Below are positions 26,880-41,300 of a stretch of 64,000 nucleotides of DNA, in pieces (positions within the stretch are counted from its first letter, which is position 1; the number at the start of each line of letters is the position of its first letter). The notes under the pieces were generated by a model. The model saw only the letters and a list, made by a program, of their open reading frames with translations, was not told the DNA's origin and did no database searches. The stretch comes from Thalia democratica (taxonomy: Eukaryota): positions 6,324,001 to 6,388,000 of the forward strand of contig OZ241830.1 of NCBI GenBank assembly GCA_965202585.1, in the 5' to 3' direction. The position numbers were made by a program, and so were the translations under genes.

Positions 26880-28900
26880 CCCGCCCAACACAGACCGATC
26901 CGTTTAATTCTGTCATCGACATTTCAACGAGCATAAAGCCACTTAAATGTCACCGTCTGGACCGGGCGTGGGTGTATTAAAAAAGGGGAACCACCTTAAA
27001 AATTGCGGTGGTGGTTAACAGTAAATCCCGGTTGCAACGAATTGCCGAAACTTTTTCTCTTTGGCGCCACTTTAACTATCAGTGGTAGGTTTTGTTCGTG
27101 GGAGGGACGTTGCAAAAAAAAATCAAACTTTTTTCTAACAATCAGGTCTGCTGAAAACCGAAAGTTTTTTATGTATAAGAGAGAACCGTTCAAGCGCGAA
27201 AGGAGAGAAGCGAGAGAAGAAGGGCGAGAGAGGGGAAGTCGGCTGCGGTCGGCTGAAACTTTGAGAGAAAAAGGCGACGAGGCTTGATATAAGAAAGCAG
27301 TGCGGGTTGGCATGGAACATTTAGAAGGGTGCCAGATAGTAGATGTTTAGAGAGGCTCGAAGTTCAGAAAGTTCACCGCCAAGTCGGCGCTTCGTGGCAA
27401 AAAATATTGAGAGCTCTGAGAATTAGTTTTTAGTTTTAGTACACAGCCGTGAACAATCTAGTGTGTAAAAGTTTAGTTACCCGATAGATGTTTTGTTTAC
27501 AACTATTTATTTACTAGTGATTTTTATCAAGTCATAGCTGTAGATAGATTTCAAAAGATGAAAGTTAGTATCGCTAAAAGATTAGAAGAATGCTTTTTAT
27601 CGACACTTTCACGCGTTACTTTAGATATCTTAAGTTTGACAATGCTTGAAAGTAGGAAAGTATCGATTGCATAAAAGTATATCCAGCTGAAATTTAAAAG
27701 GCGCTTTTACTAAGTATTTCAAAACGCGACAGAAACAATTAAAACAATTACTCAGCGATCAGAACACCAGACTGCGTGACACGCCGGGTCACACAAATCA
27801 AAGCAAAATTAAAACGAGCTGGCGTGAATTCAAAACCAACAATCGAGCTTCTCTACTGTTTACATTGCACCGTCGGCAACTTTTCAAACAACATAAAAGC
27901 ACAACTGTGGCGGAGTATTAGAGCAAATACACATAAAAGCGAAAATGCACGTCGAACATCCGCCCTGGCCAAACAAAATCTCTTATCTGAACTTTTCGGA
28001 AAGACTTTTTTCTCTTTCTCCGCAGTCGAGCCAGACTCCAGTCAAGTACGGACTTCCGCTTTGATGCAGACGTCTTTTGTGTGCGGGGAAGTGAAATCTC
28101 GAAGATTTTTGATGGATTTGACGCGGAAGTCTGATTGTTGGCTCAGCTGTAACTCCGCAAAAAATTAAGCTTGAATGATTTATTGAATACATTTGAGTTC
28201 TTTTCAATGGGAGATAGATTGATGTTTGCGTAGCTGTTTTGTCAGAAGTTTAGAATTTGTTCAGTCGATTCGCTTTTTCAAGCCGTTTAGTATAAAAAAA
28301 GAGAGTATTATAAATTTTTTTTGTAAGCATCTTTTGACGAACCGTTTTTAATATAATTTCAGCTGCGTAAAAAGCTTCTTAAAAAGTATTCACAATTTTA
28401 TTTAGATTTACAACTTTGTTCAATGGTTTACATTTGCAATTATAAAATTAAGGTTTTTAATTAAACTTAGCTGCCTTTAAGTGCTGTTAAAAAATCGAAA
28501 CTCGGTAAATAATTTAAATAGTTTCAAACTGCAAGCTTAAACGATCAAAGTCTCAATGATCAACATTTTAGCATTTAAGGGCAAATTGTACAGTTTATTG
28601 CCGACTTGCAGTATAAATGAAGGGGTAGTTTGGTTTGTTTTTGTAGATCGTGTTGACAGATTCCAGCAATAAAAACTGTTGAGTTGAATTTTTATCGGCA
28701 AGTCGAAGAATATACTCCTTGCAAGCGTTTTTTATTGCAAGCAGTTTATTTTGCTCGTTTAATTTATTATCACTTGGGGCGGTTTCGGCTTGTTTATTTT
28801 ACTTAATGTTGATTGATTAAATGTAAACAACTTCGGGCTTGCAAGATTTAATCTAATTTCACGCTAGTTAATGTGTAACAGTGCAGTTTAAAGTTGGTGC
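26880..28900. promoter_or_regulatory. CpG/GC-richer non-coding island upstream of gene B (putative promoter/enhancer or 5' UTR exon region)
   Basis: Clear rise in GC and CpG over flanks, no codon-biased ORF, tandem GTCGGCTG (27238, 27248), TATA-like GATATAAG ~27286, strong polypyrimidine acceptor ending 28025. Confidence 0.35.
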
Positions 28901-29031
28901 TAGACAAAGCGAGTAATCTCTTAATCAGGTTTCGAGACAACCGATCTGAAAGTTAAAAGTTAAAATACATACCTTTGTATGTTTTTTTTTTAATTTAAGT
29001 TTAAATTCAAAAAAAAGTATATAAGTTTATG

Positions 29032-29035
<4 letters not shown>

Positions 29036-29062
<27 letters not shown>
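29036..29062. repeat. (TA)n microsatellite, ~13 units
   Basis: Uninterrupted TA run. Confidence 0.95.
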
Positions 29063-29066
<4 letters not shown>

Positions 29067-29199
29067 TTAGAAACAACTTAAAAAATGCAGTACATTTTCA
29101 AACTTTTTTATTATTTTTTGATTAACTCAACAATAGACTGCAGCCACACAAATATTTTTAAAGTTAAACTTCCATAAAATAGTATTTCAACAAAAATTA

Positions 29200-29378
29200 T
29201 ATATTTACAGCTTCTAGATAATACATATTAGACTTGAAATAGAAAATATTTAAACAAACTATTAATTTTCACAGCTTCTAGATATTACATATTAGACTTG
29301 AAATAGAAAATATATAAACAAAATAATTTATATATCCACAGCTTCTAGATATTACATATTAGACTTGAAATAGAAAAT
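29200..29378 (+). repeat. Triplicated splice acceptor plus 5' UTR leader of gene B (64/67-bp units)
   Basis: acag-cttctagat(a/t)(a/t)acatattagacttgaaatagaaaat three times; acceptors end at 29210, 29274, 29341; only the third copy continues into ATG. Confidence 0.92.
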
Positions 29379-32300
29379 GGCCTCAGTTCGCGGACTCCTG
29401 GTCCTCCTGACTCTTGGATGCCTGCTAGTGGACGTAACCCCCAAGAGGAAGACCCACCACTTTGGCTCGCTGTACAACAGCAACTTTTTGAACGACGACC
29501 CTCTGTTGGGGGTGGAACCCGTGCAGCCCCAGGCGGTTGTCCAGGGAATGTGCACCTGCGAATGTTGCCCCAACGAGCCCCCAGGTTTGTTTGTAAAATT
29601 AAATTAAACAAATAAGAAACAACTAAATATATGCTGTTTTACCTGTGAATGGTACCGCATTTTTTTTTTATAAAATGATGTTTCTATTAACTCATTAAAC
29701 ATACGGGGCCTTTTGAAAATGTAGTTAGCTCGGAAAATTTATTTCCGAGTCTATAAAAATTTAAACTTTTCTTTTTTTTTTTCGAAAGTCAAGCCCAATA
29801 CTTAATTATTGAACTGACATTTTAATTAAACTGCGAAGTTAAAATTTTTAAGTATTGAAGTTATGCTGAATTATATAAAATACAGACATACTAGTTTAAT
29901 TTACATTTATACTGTAATTTTTAGCAAGCTGTTTAAACGTAAAAAATACAACTTGAGCGACACTCAATAAATACAACTTAAGATATGATAAATAAAGAGC
30001 CACAAAAGGTGACAGGGAAAATATAAGCGGTTGTGAAAGTTCGTTATTAAGTGGCGTTTTCAATTTGTCAAAAGTTCAATAGCAATGCGGTTTATGACGT
30101 AATAGTAAACGTGAAGGCGCTTTCAAAAGATTTCAAATAAATTCAATTTTTATTTGTAAATAACATGTAAAGTAAATGTACTTATGAGATATTTGTGAAT
30201 TTTAAATTGTTACTTTATCTAATACTAATTCAGTTAATCTAAATTTTTTTAGGTATACGGAATTCAAAAAATATATATAGATTTAAGTATCTTTTTAATG
30301 TGTAACTTTTGCCTTTTTATATCAAGTTGTATATATTTGCATATAATTTGAAAGAAAAGAAACTTTCAAAATGTTAAACTTATACATAAAAGAATTTCAA
30401 AAACTAAGCTAAAAGTCAAATGTGTAGTATATCATTTCGAAGCTAAATTTATCCGTATTTAAAACTTAAAAATAACACATATAAACTATCCAAAAGATAA
30501 AAATACGCCTACACACAAATTTGTTCTCACACAAAAGCAGAGCAACTTAGAAATGTTTATTTACACTAAAACACCAGCGAATTAGTTATGGGTCGTTAAT
30601 AAAACATTTTTCGTAAACTGATATTTCAGCTTCAAGCTTAACATCTATCCGTGCATTAGCTTGGCTTATCTATGTTTTGAAAAAAAAACATCATAACTTT
30701 GTTGGTAGTTTTATGTACACGCAAGCATAAACATACTTTATTAAACTTTTACCTCGCAACATCCTACACAAAGCCTTTGATATTCACGTTACTGAGTTTT
30801 ATAAACATCGTCTCGTAAGCTTATAATGATCACACGTATTTGTTTAAACTCAACTTGGTTTTATAGTTTTACATACATAGAACGAATGATGTTCTTATAA
30901 AATTTACTTTTGTTAACTTCAAAACTTTAAACATCTGGAAAAAGAAGTTAAACATTTGTAGAAGTCATTTATAATGTATACGTGCAGCTTTCGATAAAAA
31001 TAAACATTAAATATTTTATAACCGAAAATGTAATTTTTTTTAATCTTGTAAATTTAAAACGTGCATTGCAGCGTTCAATAGCAACACTTCGAATAAAAAT
31101 CAGATATAAAATTCAATTTTTTACGAGATACGTGTATTTACTAATATGGGTGCATTGTTTGTTGTGGTCCGAGATGCAATAAAGGGAGATAAATTACCAT
31201 TTTTGAAAAGAGGGGACGTTATCAAGCACTAACAAGGCAATTTTCAACGCGAGTATTAACCGCATTATCGTATCATCGCCAAAACACGCAGTAATACCCG
31301 CACCTGCATTCTAAAATGGGGGCAATTTTCAAAATGCGGGCAAGTTTAAACCTTGTTAACTTTTCATTGTTTAGTAATCACTGGTTTTCACACACTCGGC
31401 TAGTTTTTAACATACCAACACAGTCTGCCTTTTCTGCCCTCCGTAATGCCCGTAATCCTCTAGTTTGGCACCGAACCTATTGAGGTCTCTGCGGCTGTTC
31501 TAAGCTGTTGTAATTAGCTGAACGTCCTACCTTCCCGCGCGGTTTTAACCTGGGAAACAAGTTTAATTAATTGAAAACTGTCACGGAACGGCTGTATAGT
31601 GGAGGCAATTAATCTAGCTTAGATTTGATTTCTGACAGCAATAATTGTAATTTGTTATCTTGCGCAGACTCTCAAGATAGAGATGTAGACGAGTATCTGA
31701 CTAAGTTTGAGCATAACTAAACATTGCCCAACTCAAACGAATTATCTTATCGATCGCATGAAATTTTGATTAGCTTATCGGGCTTTTCAAAAACTCTTGC
31801 GTAAGTTCAATTAAGTAAAACAATTCTTAAAATTTAGTCTTTTTCTCATTTGATCGAACAAATTACAGCCTAAACCATTTATTTATGTAAGTAGTTCCCT
31901 TTTAAATTCAACGTACAAGATTTCGACCAATTTAAACTGTGTGTCTAAACAAAACTTAACTGAAAGAAAGTCAGCTTATCTTATCAATAAAATCATGAAA
32001 CTTTGATTGCTTTATCGAATCTCCACAGACGGCCATTCATAATTTATTTGCCTTTTTACTTGAAGTCGTTTATCTTAAAAGCTTTACTCCGTGACGAATA
32101 ATTCATTTTGAATTGAATTTCATGATCAGTTCGGTTAAGAAAGCATTTAACTTGAATTTGTCACAGCTGTTTTAGTTTTAGTTTGTTTAAAACGACGAGT
32201 AATTTATGACGAAAGCTGGGTTTCTATCATTTCAGTAAAACTAACAAATTAAATCTACGTTAACTAATTGATTTATTTTGTTTTTGACTCAAAATTGAAG

Positions 32301-35300
32301 TTTGATAGGTCAATTAAAAACGCATAATTTAGCTTGAAAGAATTTTAATTTTGCAATGAATCTTTTTCAATTGTTAGGTAATAAATGAAACTAGTACGAA
32401 AAGTAAGGTCATTATCAATATTAAATCTAAACGTTTGCCCTTATACTAGGCCAGCAGTCAACGAAAGATTAAAACTGAAAGTAAATTTTGTTTACTTTAA
32501 ACGAAACTTAATACTCATACTGACACTATTGTTTACTGCAAATAAAAACTAATTTAAGACAAATTCAAAGATTTTCAAATCTTCTCAGTTTGGTAACGGG
32601 TCAATAGAAAATGAATTATCAGAGATAAAAGTAGTTTTTTTTTTCTTAACTGTAATTTAAAACTTCAAGTTTAAAAGGTTATATTCCGATAAATTGGGTT
32701 AGTAAGTCAGTTCACCGTATAATTTCAATCAAAAGTTTTTCCTTTGCCCTAACAGCAACTAAAATTTCCATTTTGAACACTTTTTTACAAGAAACAAATT
32801 TTAAATTACTAAGGTTTTGGTATACTGGAAAAAAGTTTGGTCTTTGAGTATTAATTTATTAATGATGTAAGTCTAAAACCGCTGGAAAATATTCAGAAAC
32901 TAAACAAATAAAAAAGTTAACCAAAAAGAAAACATCAATTAAAACTAGATTTTTATTTAAATCATTTTTCACAGCAAAATTGGAGCTTCCAGGACTCGAC
33001 CTCGTATTGGCAGTTGACAGCAGCGCCTGCTTCAGGGACCAACACTCCAGGATGATCAGATACCTGACAAAATTGGTGAAGAGAATCTCCAGAGATGACG
33101 AATTGACTTTCGGATCCGACAACATCAGACTTGCACTTATGCAGGTAAATAAAAATAAAACAATGAGTAACTATAAACTGTAATCACTATTTAGTAATTA
33201 GTTTCTTAATGTAATAACCTAATAATTCTAAAGCCGCAACAGTAGTTCAAAGTAGTAAAGAAATAGACTCAATCGTTCAGTACTAGAAAAAAACTGAAAT
33301 TTGCAAGAAAGTACTAATAATCTTTAAACTTTTCCTGTATAAGCGTTTAAAAATATCTAGTTAAGTTTTAAGTATACAAAAAGTTGAAAATTAAACTAAG
33401 CTAAAGCTTGAACAGATAAAATTATATGAAACAAAACTTCAGTTGTTTTAAAATTTTATTTAAGAAAGCGTTGTAGGATCTTCAAGAATTTATTAAACTT
33501 AAATTGCAGTATCTCCTGAGTTTATTATTCTAAACTTGCCTTGTAAATTACAGGTTTGTGTGAAAATGTGCAAAATTTAAAGCTTTCAAAAACAAATTAC
33601 AGGAAGCGTTTCAACTTAATACCTTTTAACTTGAACTTGCATTATGTTGAGGTTCACAATTACCTTTGAATATCAGTAAGACTATAAAATAAATGTGAGA
33701 CTTTCAAACTTTATAAAGGCTGTAAACGTTTATTTATATCAAAAAAAAAAAATTAATGCTTTTTAAAAATAAGACTAAAATGAGCAGTTTAAGAAGTATA
33801 AAGTTTTGAAACACTTGATTAATATATTTCGTTACTTACAAGTAGAGTAAAGCATATCTGTATTGTAAACCTTAATTAGAAGATATTCAAGTTTTAAAAT
33901 CACAGTAATAATAACACTTCACTCAAAAATTGAAAAAAAAAACTTTTAAAACTTAAAATTTGTACAACTTAAAGGTTTATGTCATGTTAATATAAACTTT
34001 AAAACAACTTGATAAACTATATTGTACAGCTTAATATAAACTTTTCACAAATTTAGTATTTTTTGTACAACTAATATAAACTGTTTATGAAGTTGGTACA
34101 TTTGTATAATTTTAAACGAGCTTTTTAAAATCTTGATATTATTTCATACATGCTAGTCCAGACGTTTCAATAATTCTTATACATTTAACAACTTTGTAAA
34201 AACATTTCAACAACTTGACTTAGTATTAAAATGTTGCTGCTGCACTTAAGTTATGTTGAGATATTTCAGAGGCGAGATAAGTGTCTCCAAGTAGTCAAGT
34301 GGTTGCTTATCAGTGGAAATATTTACAAAACCACCATTCAACAGTGTATTTGTATGTAAAATATATTAAGCCACTAGGATATCTGATCTATCAGTAAAAT
34401 GTTTACTGTTTAAACCACTAGTTAAGCACCCACTGGAATTTAAAGTATAATAAAGTTCAGTTGAAAACTGATTTTATCGGTGAAATATATTAAACTCAAA
34501 CCACAGTTATTCAGTAAAAGCATTTATAATATAAGTTACCATTCAACTGTGTATTTGTATAAATGTAATGTATTAAGCCACTAGGATATCTGACCTATCA
34601 GTTAAAATATTTGCAGTTTAAACACCTGCTTAAACACTTATTTTAATTTAAATTACTTAAAAACTTTATAAAATATTTTTTTTTATAACTTAAATTATCT
34701 CAACTTAAACCTAATTCTGACATTGAATCTGAACTTACTATTAAAGCATAACAAAATAAAAATAATCATTTCTAATCTAATTGGTACTTCGAAATTCAGC
34801 TTATTAGTTGAGATTTTATGTAATTTTAGCAGTTGAATTTAATAAGCTAAAAACGAATTTAAAAATGAACTTCGAACTTTCAAAAAATTAAATTCTAACT
34901 AATAATTTTATTTTACAGTTCAGTGACCAAATCAAATTCCCAATTGAGTTCGATTCGTTCAAGTCATACACTGAGGGAACTAACAGGGAAATAACCAGCA
35001 AGATCAACAGAGCTCTCAACAACCTCGGTTTCATCGGACAGGGAGCTTACTTGGATAAAGGTTTGTTCTTACACATACATTTAATGTTAGAACGATAATA
35101 AAAAACTCATTAAAAAAACTCCCTTAAGAATAATTAAATTAATAACAGATAATTAAAGACGTTAACAACAGACTAAATAAATTGAAAATAAATAAAAGTT
35201 AATTCAAGCTTGTATTATATATAAGTTTTTAACGATAACAGTTGTGTTTTTAAGGCGTAGCCTGATTAATAAATTATCAATAAAATAAATTTATTAAGTA

Positions 35301-38300
35301 CTACTTTGTACCAACACCTGAGACTAAATAAATCATCAAGTTCTGTTTAAGTTTATTTCGATACGTTAACAAATATGTACTTACAACTATAAAACTGTAA
35401 GTAATTGACAAACTGCTTTGAATTCTTTGTTTTGAAATAAACAATGATAAGTCTATTCTAACTGCAGCTGTGTTTAATTTTTTTCAATGTGTCTTAAAGT
35501 GTAAAATTTAGTTTTTCTTTGTATTTGACATCACAGCTGTTTGTAATGTATCCTTTAGAAATAGTTGTTACAAAATATATGTTTTAAATATTAGTTTATA
35601 ATAACGTAAAATTAAATAAAAATAAGTAAAAGTTTAACAAACTCTTCCGACAACAAACCGTTATCATTCGAAAACACAGTACAAATATTTAAACATTTAG
35701 TAAATCATTGATATTTTTATGTGAGAGTGATTTCAAAGAAAATTTCTCACATAAAACAAACAAACATGAAACTTTTCCCATAACTTGTCGGCAATTTGTC
35801 CTTGATAATTTGACATTTTAATCTTCGTTTAATCAAGATTTTTTTTAACTTAAATTTCAATTAACAGCACTCAATCAATCAATGAACGCGCTCAACGAAG
35901 AAGCCAGTGAAAGAGTAAGTTTAATTTGAAATGTGAATTTATTTTTTCTTAGTTTTCTTAGTGCTTCTTTTAAGTTATTATTTCATGTAAAAAGTTTTTA
36001 AGCTTATGCAGTTTTGATTGATAAAATAAACAGTTATAAAAAACTGTTAGACGATGTTTAGCATATAATTTTTGTCATTGGATGATAAAAATAATTTTTT
36101 TTTTAACTCTTCTAGCGAACAAAAACTAACATTAAACAGAAAAATATCATATATATTTTTTAACCAGAAAAAAGTAATCATCACCCTTACTAGACGATAT
36201 TTAGCATATAGTTTTTGTCATTGTATAATTAAAAAATTAACAATATTTTTTAACCAGAAAAAAGTAATAATCACCCTTACTAGACGATATTTAGCATATA
36301 GTTTTTGTCATTGTATAATTAAAAAATTAACAATATTTTTTAACCAGAAAAAAGTCATCATCACCCTTACCAACGGAAAGTCTCACCCCGATGTCACCAC
36401 CGACGACATTGAGAACTCCATCAACGGATTGAGGGTCTCAGACATCTCCGTCATTCCGGTATCCGTCACCAGAAGATGCCAGTCAGTTTCTCATACAAAT
36501 TAATTAATTTAAAGTAGTTATAAACTTATCTGGTTTATCTGGTTACTGGGTAGCAATTAAATGGTGATTTATTTTATCTTGAGAAATGTTAACCACACGA
36601 TTACTACAAGATAATAATTAAACTGCCGTTTGTATTAAACATAGAAGTACTTTAGTTTTTACTAAGACAAAAGTTTTACCTTAACCAAATAAGGTAATGT
36701 TTAAAAATATTATATAGACTAAACATAAAGTCGAATTTTGACATAAGTTACGGCTATTTTTTAATAAACAAAACAAAGCCACGAAAAATGGCCAAACAAA
36801 AACGCTTTAAAGTCGTTTAGCCGCAAACAAACAAAATAAAAGCAAAAGCCGAGTTTTGCCTTTTTATTGAAATGTAGCAAGCACAAGCACTACCTGACAC
36901 ACAAATGAGTCACCTTCTAAGCCTCATTAAATTGGCAGTTTTCATAATCTAAAAATCACTTGGAAGGGGAACAAAAGCTTTTGATTTAATAAAATTTATT
37001 AAAACGGTTTGAAAATTAAGACTTAATATTTAGCACAGCTCTTTTTTCAAGAACATCTTTAAAAATGATTTTTAGTACCACATTATTTTATTAACAAACT
37101 GAAGAAAACGTTTACTTTTGCAACAACTTTATTTTTTTATTTTTCTAACTTTTTTAAGCTTTTTAAACTCTTCAAACAAACTCGTTACAAGTCAACCTAA
37201 AGTTTATTATATATTATTTATAATAATTTCAACAATTTATTTTTAGCCTCCCATCCGAGGCCTCATGGAACGACAACCTGTGCCCAGATGTGACCGTAAT
37301 GACCAAATTGGCCAGGGTCAACCGCGAAAACAGGGACTTTTTGACCATGAAGGACTCCGAGTCCATGATGGAAATCGTCGAAGAACTTAAAGTGAGTTTA
37401 AGGAAAGGTTAAATAAAAATTAACTTACAGTTTATTAAGTTTAAAGTAATCTTAATTACTATAAATATACGACGTAGACTAATTACATAGACTTTTGATG
37501 TTTCTTAAAAAAAATAAATTGTCATATAGGATGTTTTATTTCAATAGAAAGAAAACAGTCATAAATATTTAAAAGTTTTTTAGGTATAAATATTTTTTGC
37601 TTTAACAACTGAACCAAGTTTCAAAACACTGTCTTAGAACTAACACAAAATTAAATTTAGAAAAAGGCCGTAGGTGGTAAACTAGCTTAATATAACTAAC
37701 ACTGATTTAATTATAACGTGGTTAGAATAAACAATTAAATTAGCAACATCCAATTAAAGTATCAAGTTGTAAGAGAACTAATTAATCTATTCACGTTCTA
37801 AAACGCTAACTAATTCCACTTATAGAGCTTATAAAAGGTAAGCTGTGGTAATGCTAATTCGCCACTGAGTTAATAAAATGTCAGCTGAGTATATATATAA
37901 TTAACATATATATACATATACATTTACCTTTACGTAGCATTTAGCAATTATATAACAGTATTAATAGTATTAATATTTTATTTGATTATAATATTATCTT
38001 AAAAAATATTTCAACTGTAAATGAAATTAAGCAAAAAAGTTTAAGGATTGTTAGGTAACTATATAAATCATTAGAAAAATAAAAGACACACTTAGTTTGC
38101 ACAAAAGTTAAAACTTTTTGTTTATTTATGTATATACACTTACCTTTGCGTAGCATTTGGCTATTGAAATACCAATTACCTGATTTACAACGCATTTAAA
38201 AGCGTGTAAAGAATAAACCAACGTTAAGAGCGTCCAGAACGAAAATAAATAAACTTTTGTTTGATAATTTATATTTATTTTATGTTAAATTCAATTTATT

Positions 38301-41300
38301 TTTTCAGGCGGTGAGTTTGAAGTTCTTACTTGATATGGCACCAAGAATAATCAACAAAGAATCAAAATTCCATACTTTTATTTTTATTCATCTCTTTTTA
38401 AACTTTCGTTTTATTTGTTTTCAAAACAAAAGCATAAAACCATAGAAAATTATATAAATGAAAGTGTTTCAAACCAATGATTGAGCATAAAATCTTTATT
38501 TTTAAATGATTACTTTTACCATAGAATATTAAAACTTTTAAACTTTAAAACAAATGTACTTAAAAAAACTTGTTAAAACTCAAACAGTTATTTTTTATGC
38601 TTTAATGAACATTTAAAAAAATTTTCCCTTTACACAAAAGATGATCAAAGGAAATGCCCCAGAGCAACTTGTGGACCAGTGCAGACAGTGCAACTGCACC
38701 TGCGACCTTCCGGTTGGACCCAAGGGAGATAAGGGTGACAAGGGAGACTCCGTAAAGGTTCATAATAAATAGTTGAATATATAATGAAAAAATGTTAAAT
38801 AATTAATTAAGTATTATAAACTAATTGAATTAAAAAAAAAGAAATTGATGTCTTTTTAGTTTCTTCAAATTCTAAACCATATGAAAACTAAATATATAAA
38901 ACTTTTGTTGTACGTTGCTATGCACTTCTAATCACGTGTTTTTTGTTGCCAGGGAGAAAAAGGAGAACCAGGTAACGATGGTGTTGACGGTATTGACGGT
39001 TTGGCCGGACCCAAGGTAAATTTTTTATTTATACATAAAATACATGTACACTGTTTTGTTTGAATTGAAATAATACTTATTTATTATAAAGCTCTTTAAA
39101 AGAAGTTAAAATATTAAAAGATTTTATTTTTAAAACATATTATTTAAACTTACAAAATATTTTCTTCTTGATTTAAATTAAGATACTTCATTACTGTTTG
39201 TTATAATTATCAAACTAATAAAGTAATAAAATTTTACAGGGAGAAACTGGAGAGCCAGTAAGTTTTAAATTTTTATTGTTTATAAACAATCTCAATATAA
39301 AAAACAAATACAATATTGCAGTATTAGTTGTTTTTTTGTTTTTTATTCAATCTATCATTAATCTTATTTTATAACACTCAACACAATAATAAATCTTAAA
39401 CTTGTCCACAATAGTTGTCTAAAGTTTTCAAAATTTATCATTCAGCAGAAACAACTATTAAAAAAATAATAAATCTATCAAAACAGTTTAACAGCTGCAC
39501 AAAAGATGCCATTTACATTTGTCATTGCAGCAATACATCATTATGTAAAAAAAAATAATAAATCTTTTAAATGTTGCAACATCCAAAACAATACACAAAC
39601 AAACGAATTTTCTTACAAAAACACGTTTTCAAGTTCAGACGTTTTTGTGAGCGCCACATCGGGTGCTTTAACATTTGAAAAAAAACACAAAAGACTTGGT
39701 TCCATTGTTGTGCTTGATTGATGTGCTTTTCTGCTAAATCGGGGCGACTTTTGCCTAATCCATCATTATTTCATAGTAATTTTCATTTTATTTTATTTTA
39801 TTTTTTCTACAGGGTGTGCAAGGCGAAAAAGGAGACGAAGGCGAACAGGTAAGAATATTTAATAAACGGTTATTATTATTTGTTGTTTGTTCATTTTAAT
39901 AATATTTTTATTTTTTCTTCACAGGGTGTACCTGGCAAACAAGGAGAACCAGGCGAGAGAGTGAGTTGTTGTTATATAAAAAATATAATTTATTAATGTA
40001 TTAATGAATATATTTTTACCCTAAAAATATAACTTATATGCATTTATTCTATTAAAGTTTATTAAAAAATACTTATAAGGCAACTTTTAATGCAAACAAA
40101 CACTTATTTCAAATTCAATGAGCTAAAAAAACAAAATTGTATATTCTAAATTTTAGAACTTATTCTTTACATTTAAAATTTTATTAAATGATAAAAGCAG
40201 ACTTATTTTTCTATTATTATTAAACGCTTTAAAGTCTATCACTTCATAAACTGACGCACGACAATGATTAATTATTTAATAATAAATCCGACAATTTATG
40301 CCCTTTCAGTTCCTTTGATCTTTTATTCGAAGCTCTAATTGAATAAGTATGTAAGCAAGATTAAAAATAGATTTTTGTGCAACAAAAGTCGTGACGGACA
40401 CGAGTTTTGTCTGGACTTTTTGTTTGTGACGTCACAACTTAAACATGTTTCGAACATCAAAGAGCGAATTGCAACAGAACAATAATTTAAAACCCCCGAT
40501 TAACCATTTATTGTTAACATTTGCGCAATAATTGAGCTTTCAACATCAATTGCAACGTTTTTAAAAGTTAATATCTTGCATTATTCTTGTATTATGACGT
40601 CACAAAAAAAAAACATATTAACTCTTCGTTATGACTAACTGATTTGCTTCTTTGAAGGGCAAAACCGGAAAGACCGGACCCGAGGGACCGCAGGGCGAAA
40701 AGGGCGAGCAAGGCGATCAGGGCGAGGTCGGACCGGAGGGACCCGAGGGCAAGAAGGGAGACCAAGGAGACGAAGGCGAGAGGGGCGCGCCAGGAAAAGA
40801 CGGTTTGGACGGTATCGATGGACAGAAGGGTGCACAGGGCGAGGAAGGACCACAAGGTGAACCCGGTATCGGTATCAAGGTAAGTTAAACAAATGTTAAG
40901 TTAAGTCCAGGAAGTTTATAACTAATTGGTGGTTTTAAGTTATATAAATGCTGAATAATTTGCACAGCGTTAATAACTTTTTAAAGTTTTAAAATTTATG
41001 AAAAAAAGACTAAAGTGAATAATAATAAGCTGCCTTCAAAATTTTTTACAAACTAAAATGTAATTTTTAAAAGAAGAAAACTATTTTGTTATTACTTACA
41101 GGGAGACCAAGGAGAAAAGGGAGACCAAGGTCCCCAGGGACCCGAAGGAGAAATGGGTCCCGACGGAAACGACGGTCCCAGAGGTAAGCAGGGTCTGTGC
41201 GGCGCCCCCGGCCCTGCAGGCATGAAGGGAGAAAGAGGTGCGACGGGAGAAGACGGCAGCAACGGAGTGGCCGGTCCCGAGGGACAGCAGGGTCCAAGGG

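Noticed and set aside
26996-28207. ORFs of 94-130 aa in the intergenic island
   Set aside because: No domain motif, no codon bias like the true exons, overlapping ORFs on both strands; better explained by locally higher GC.
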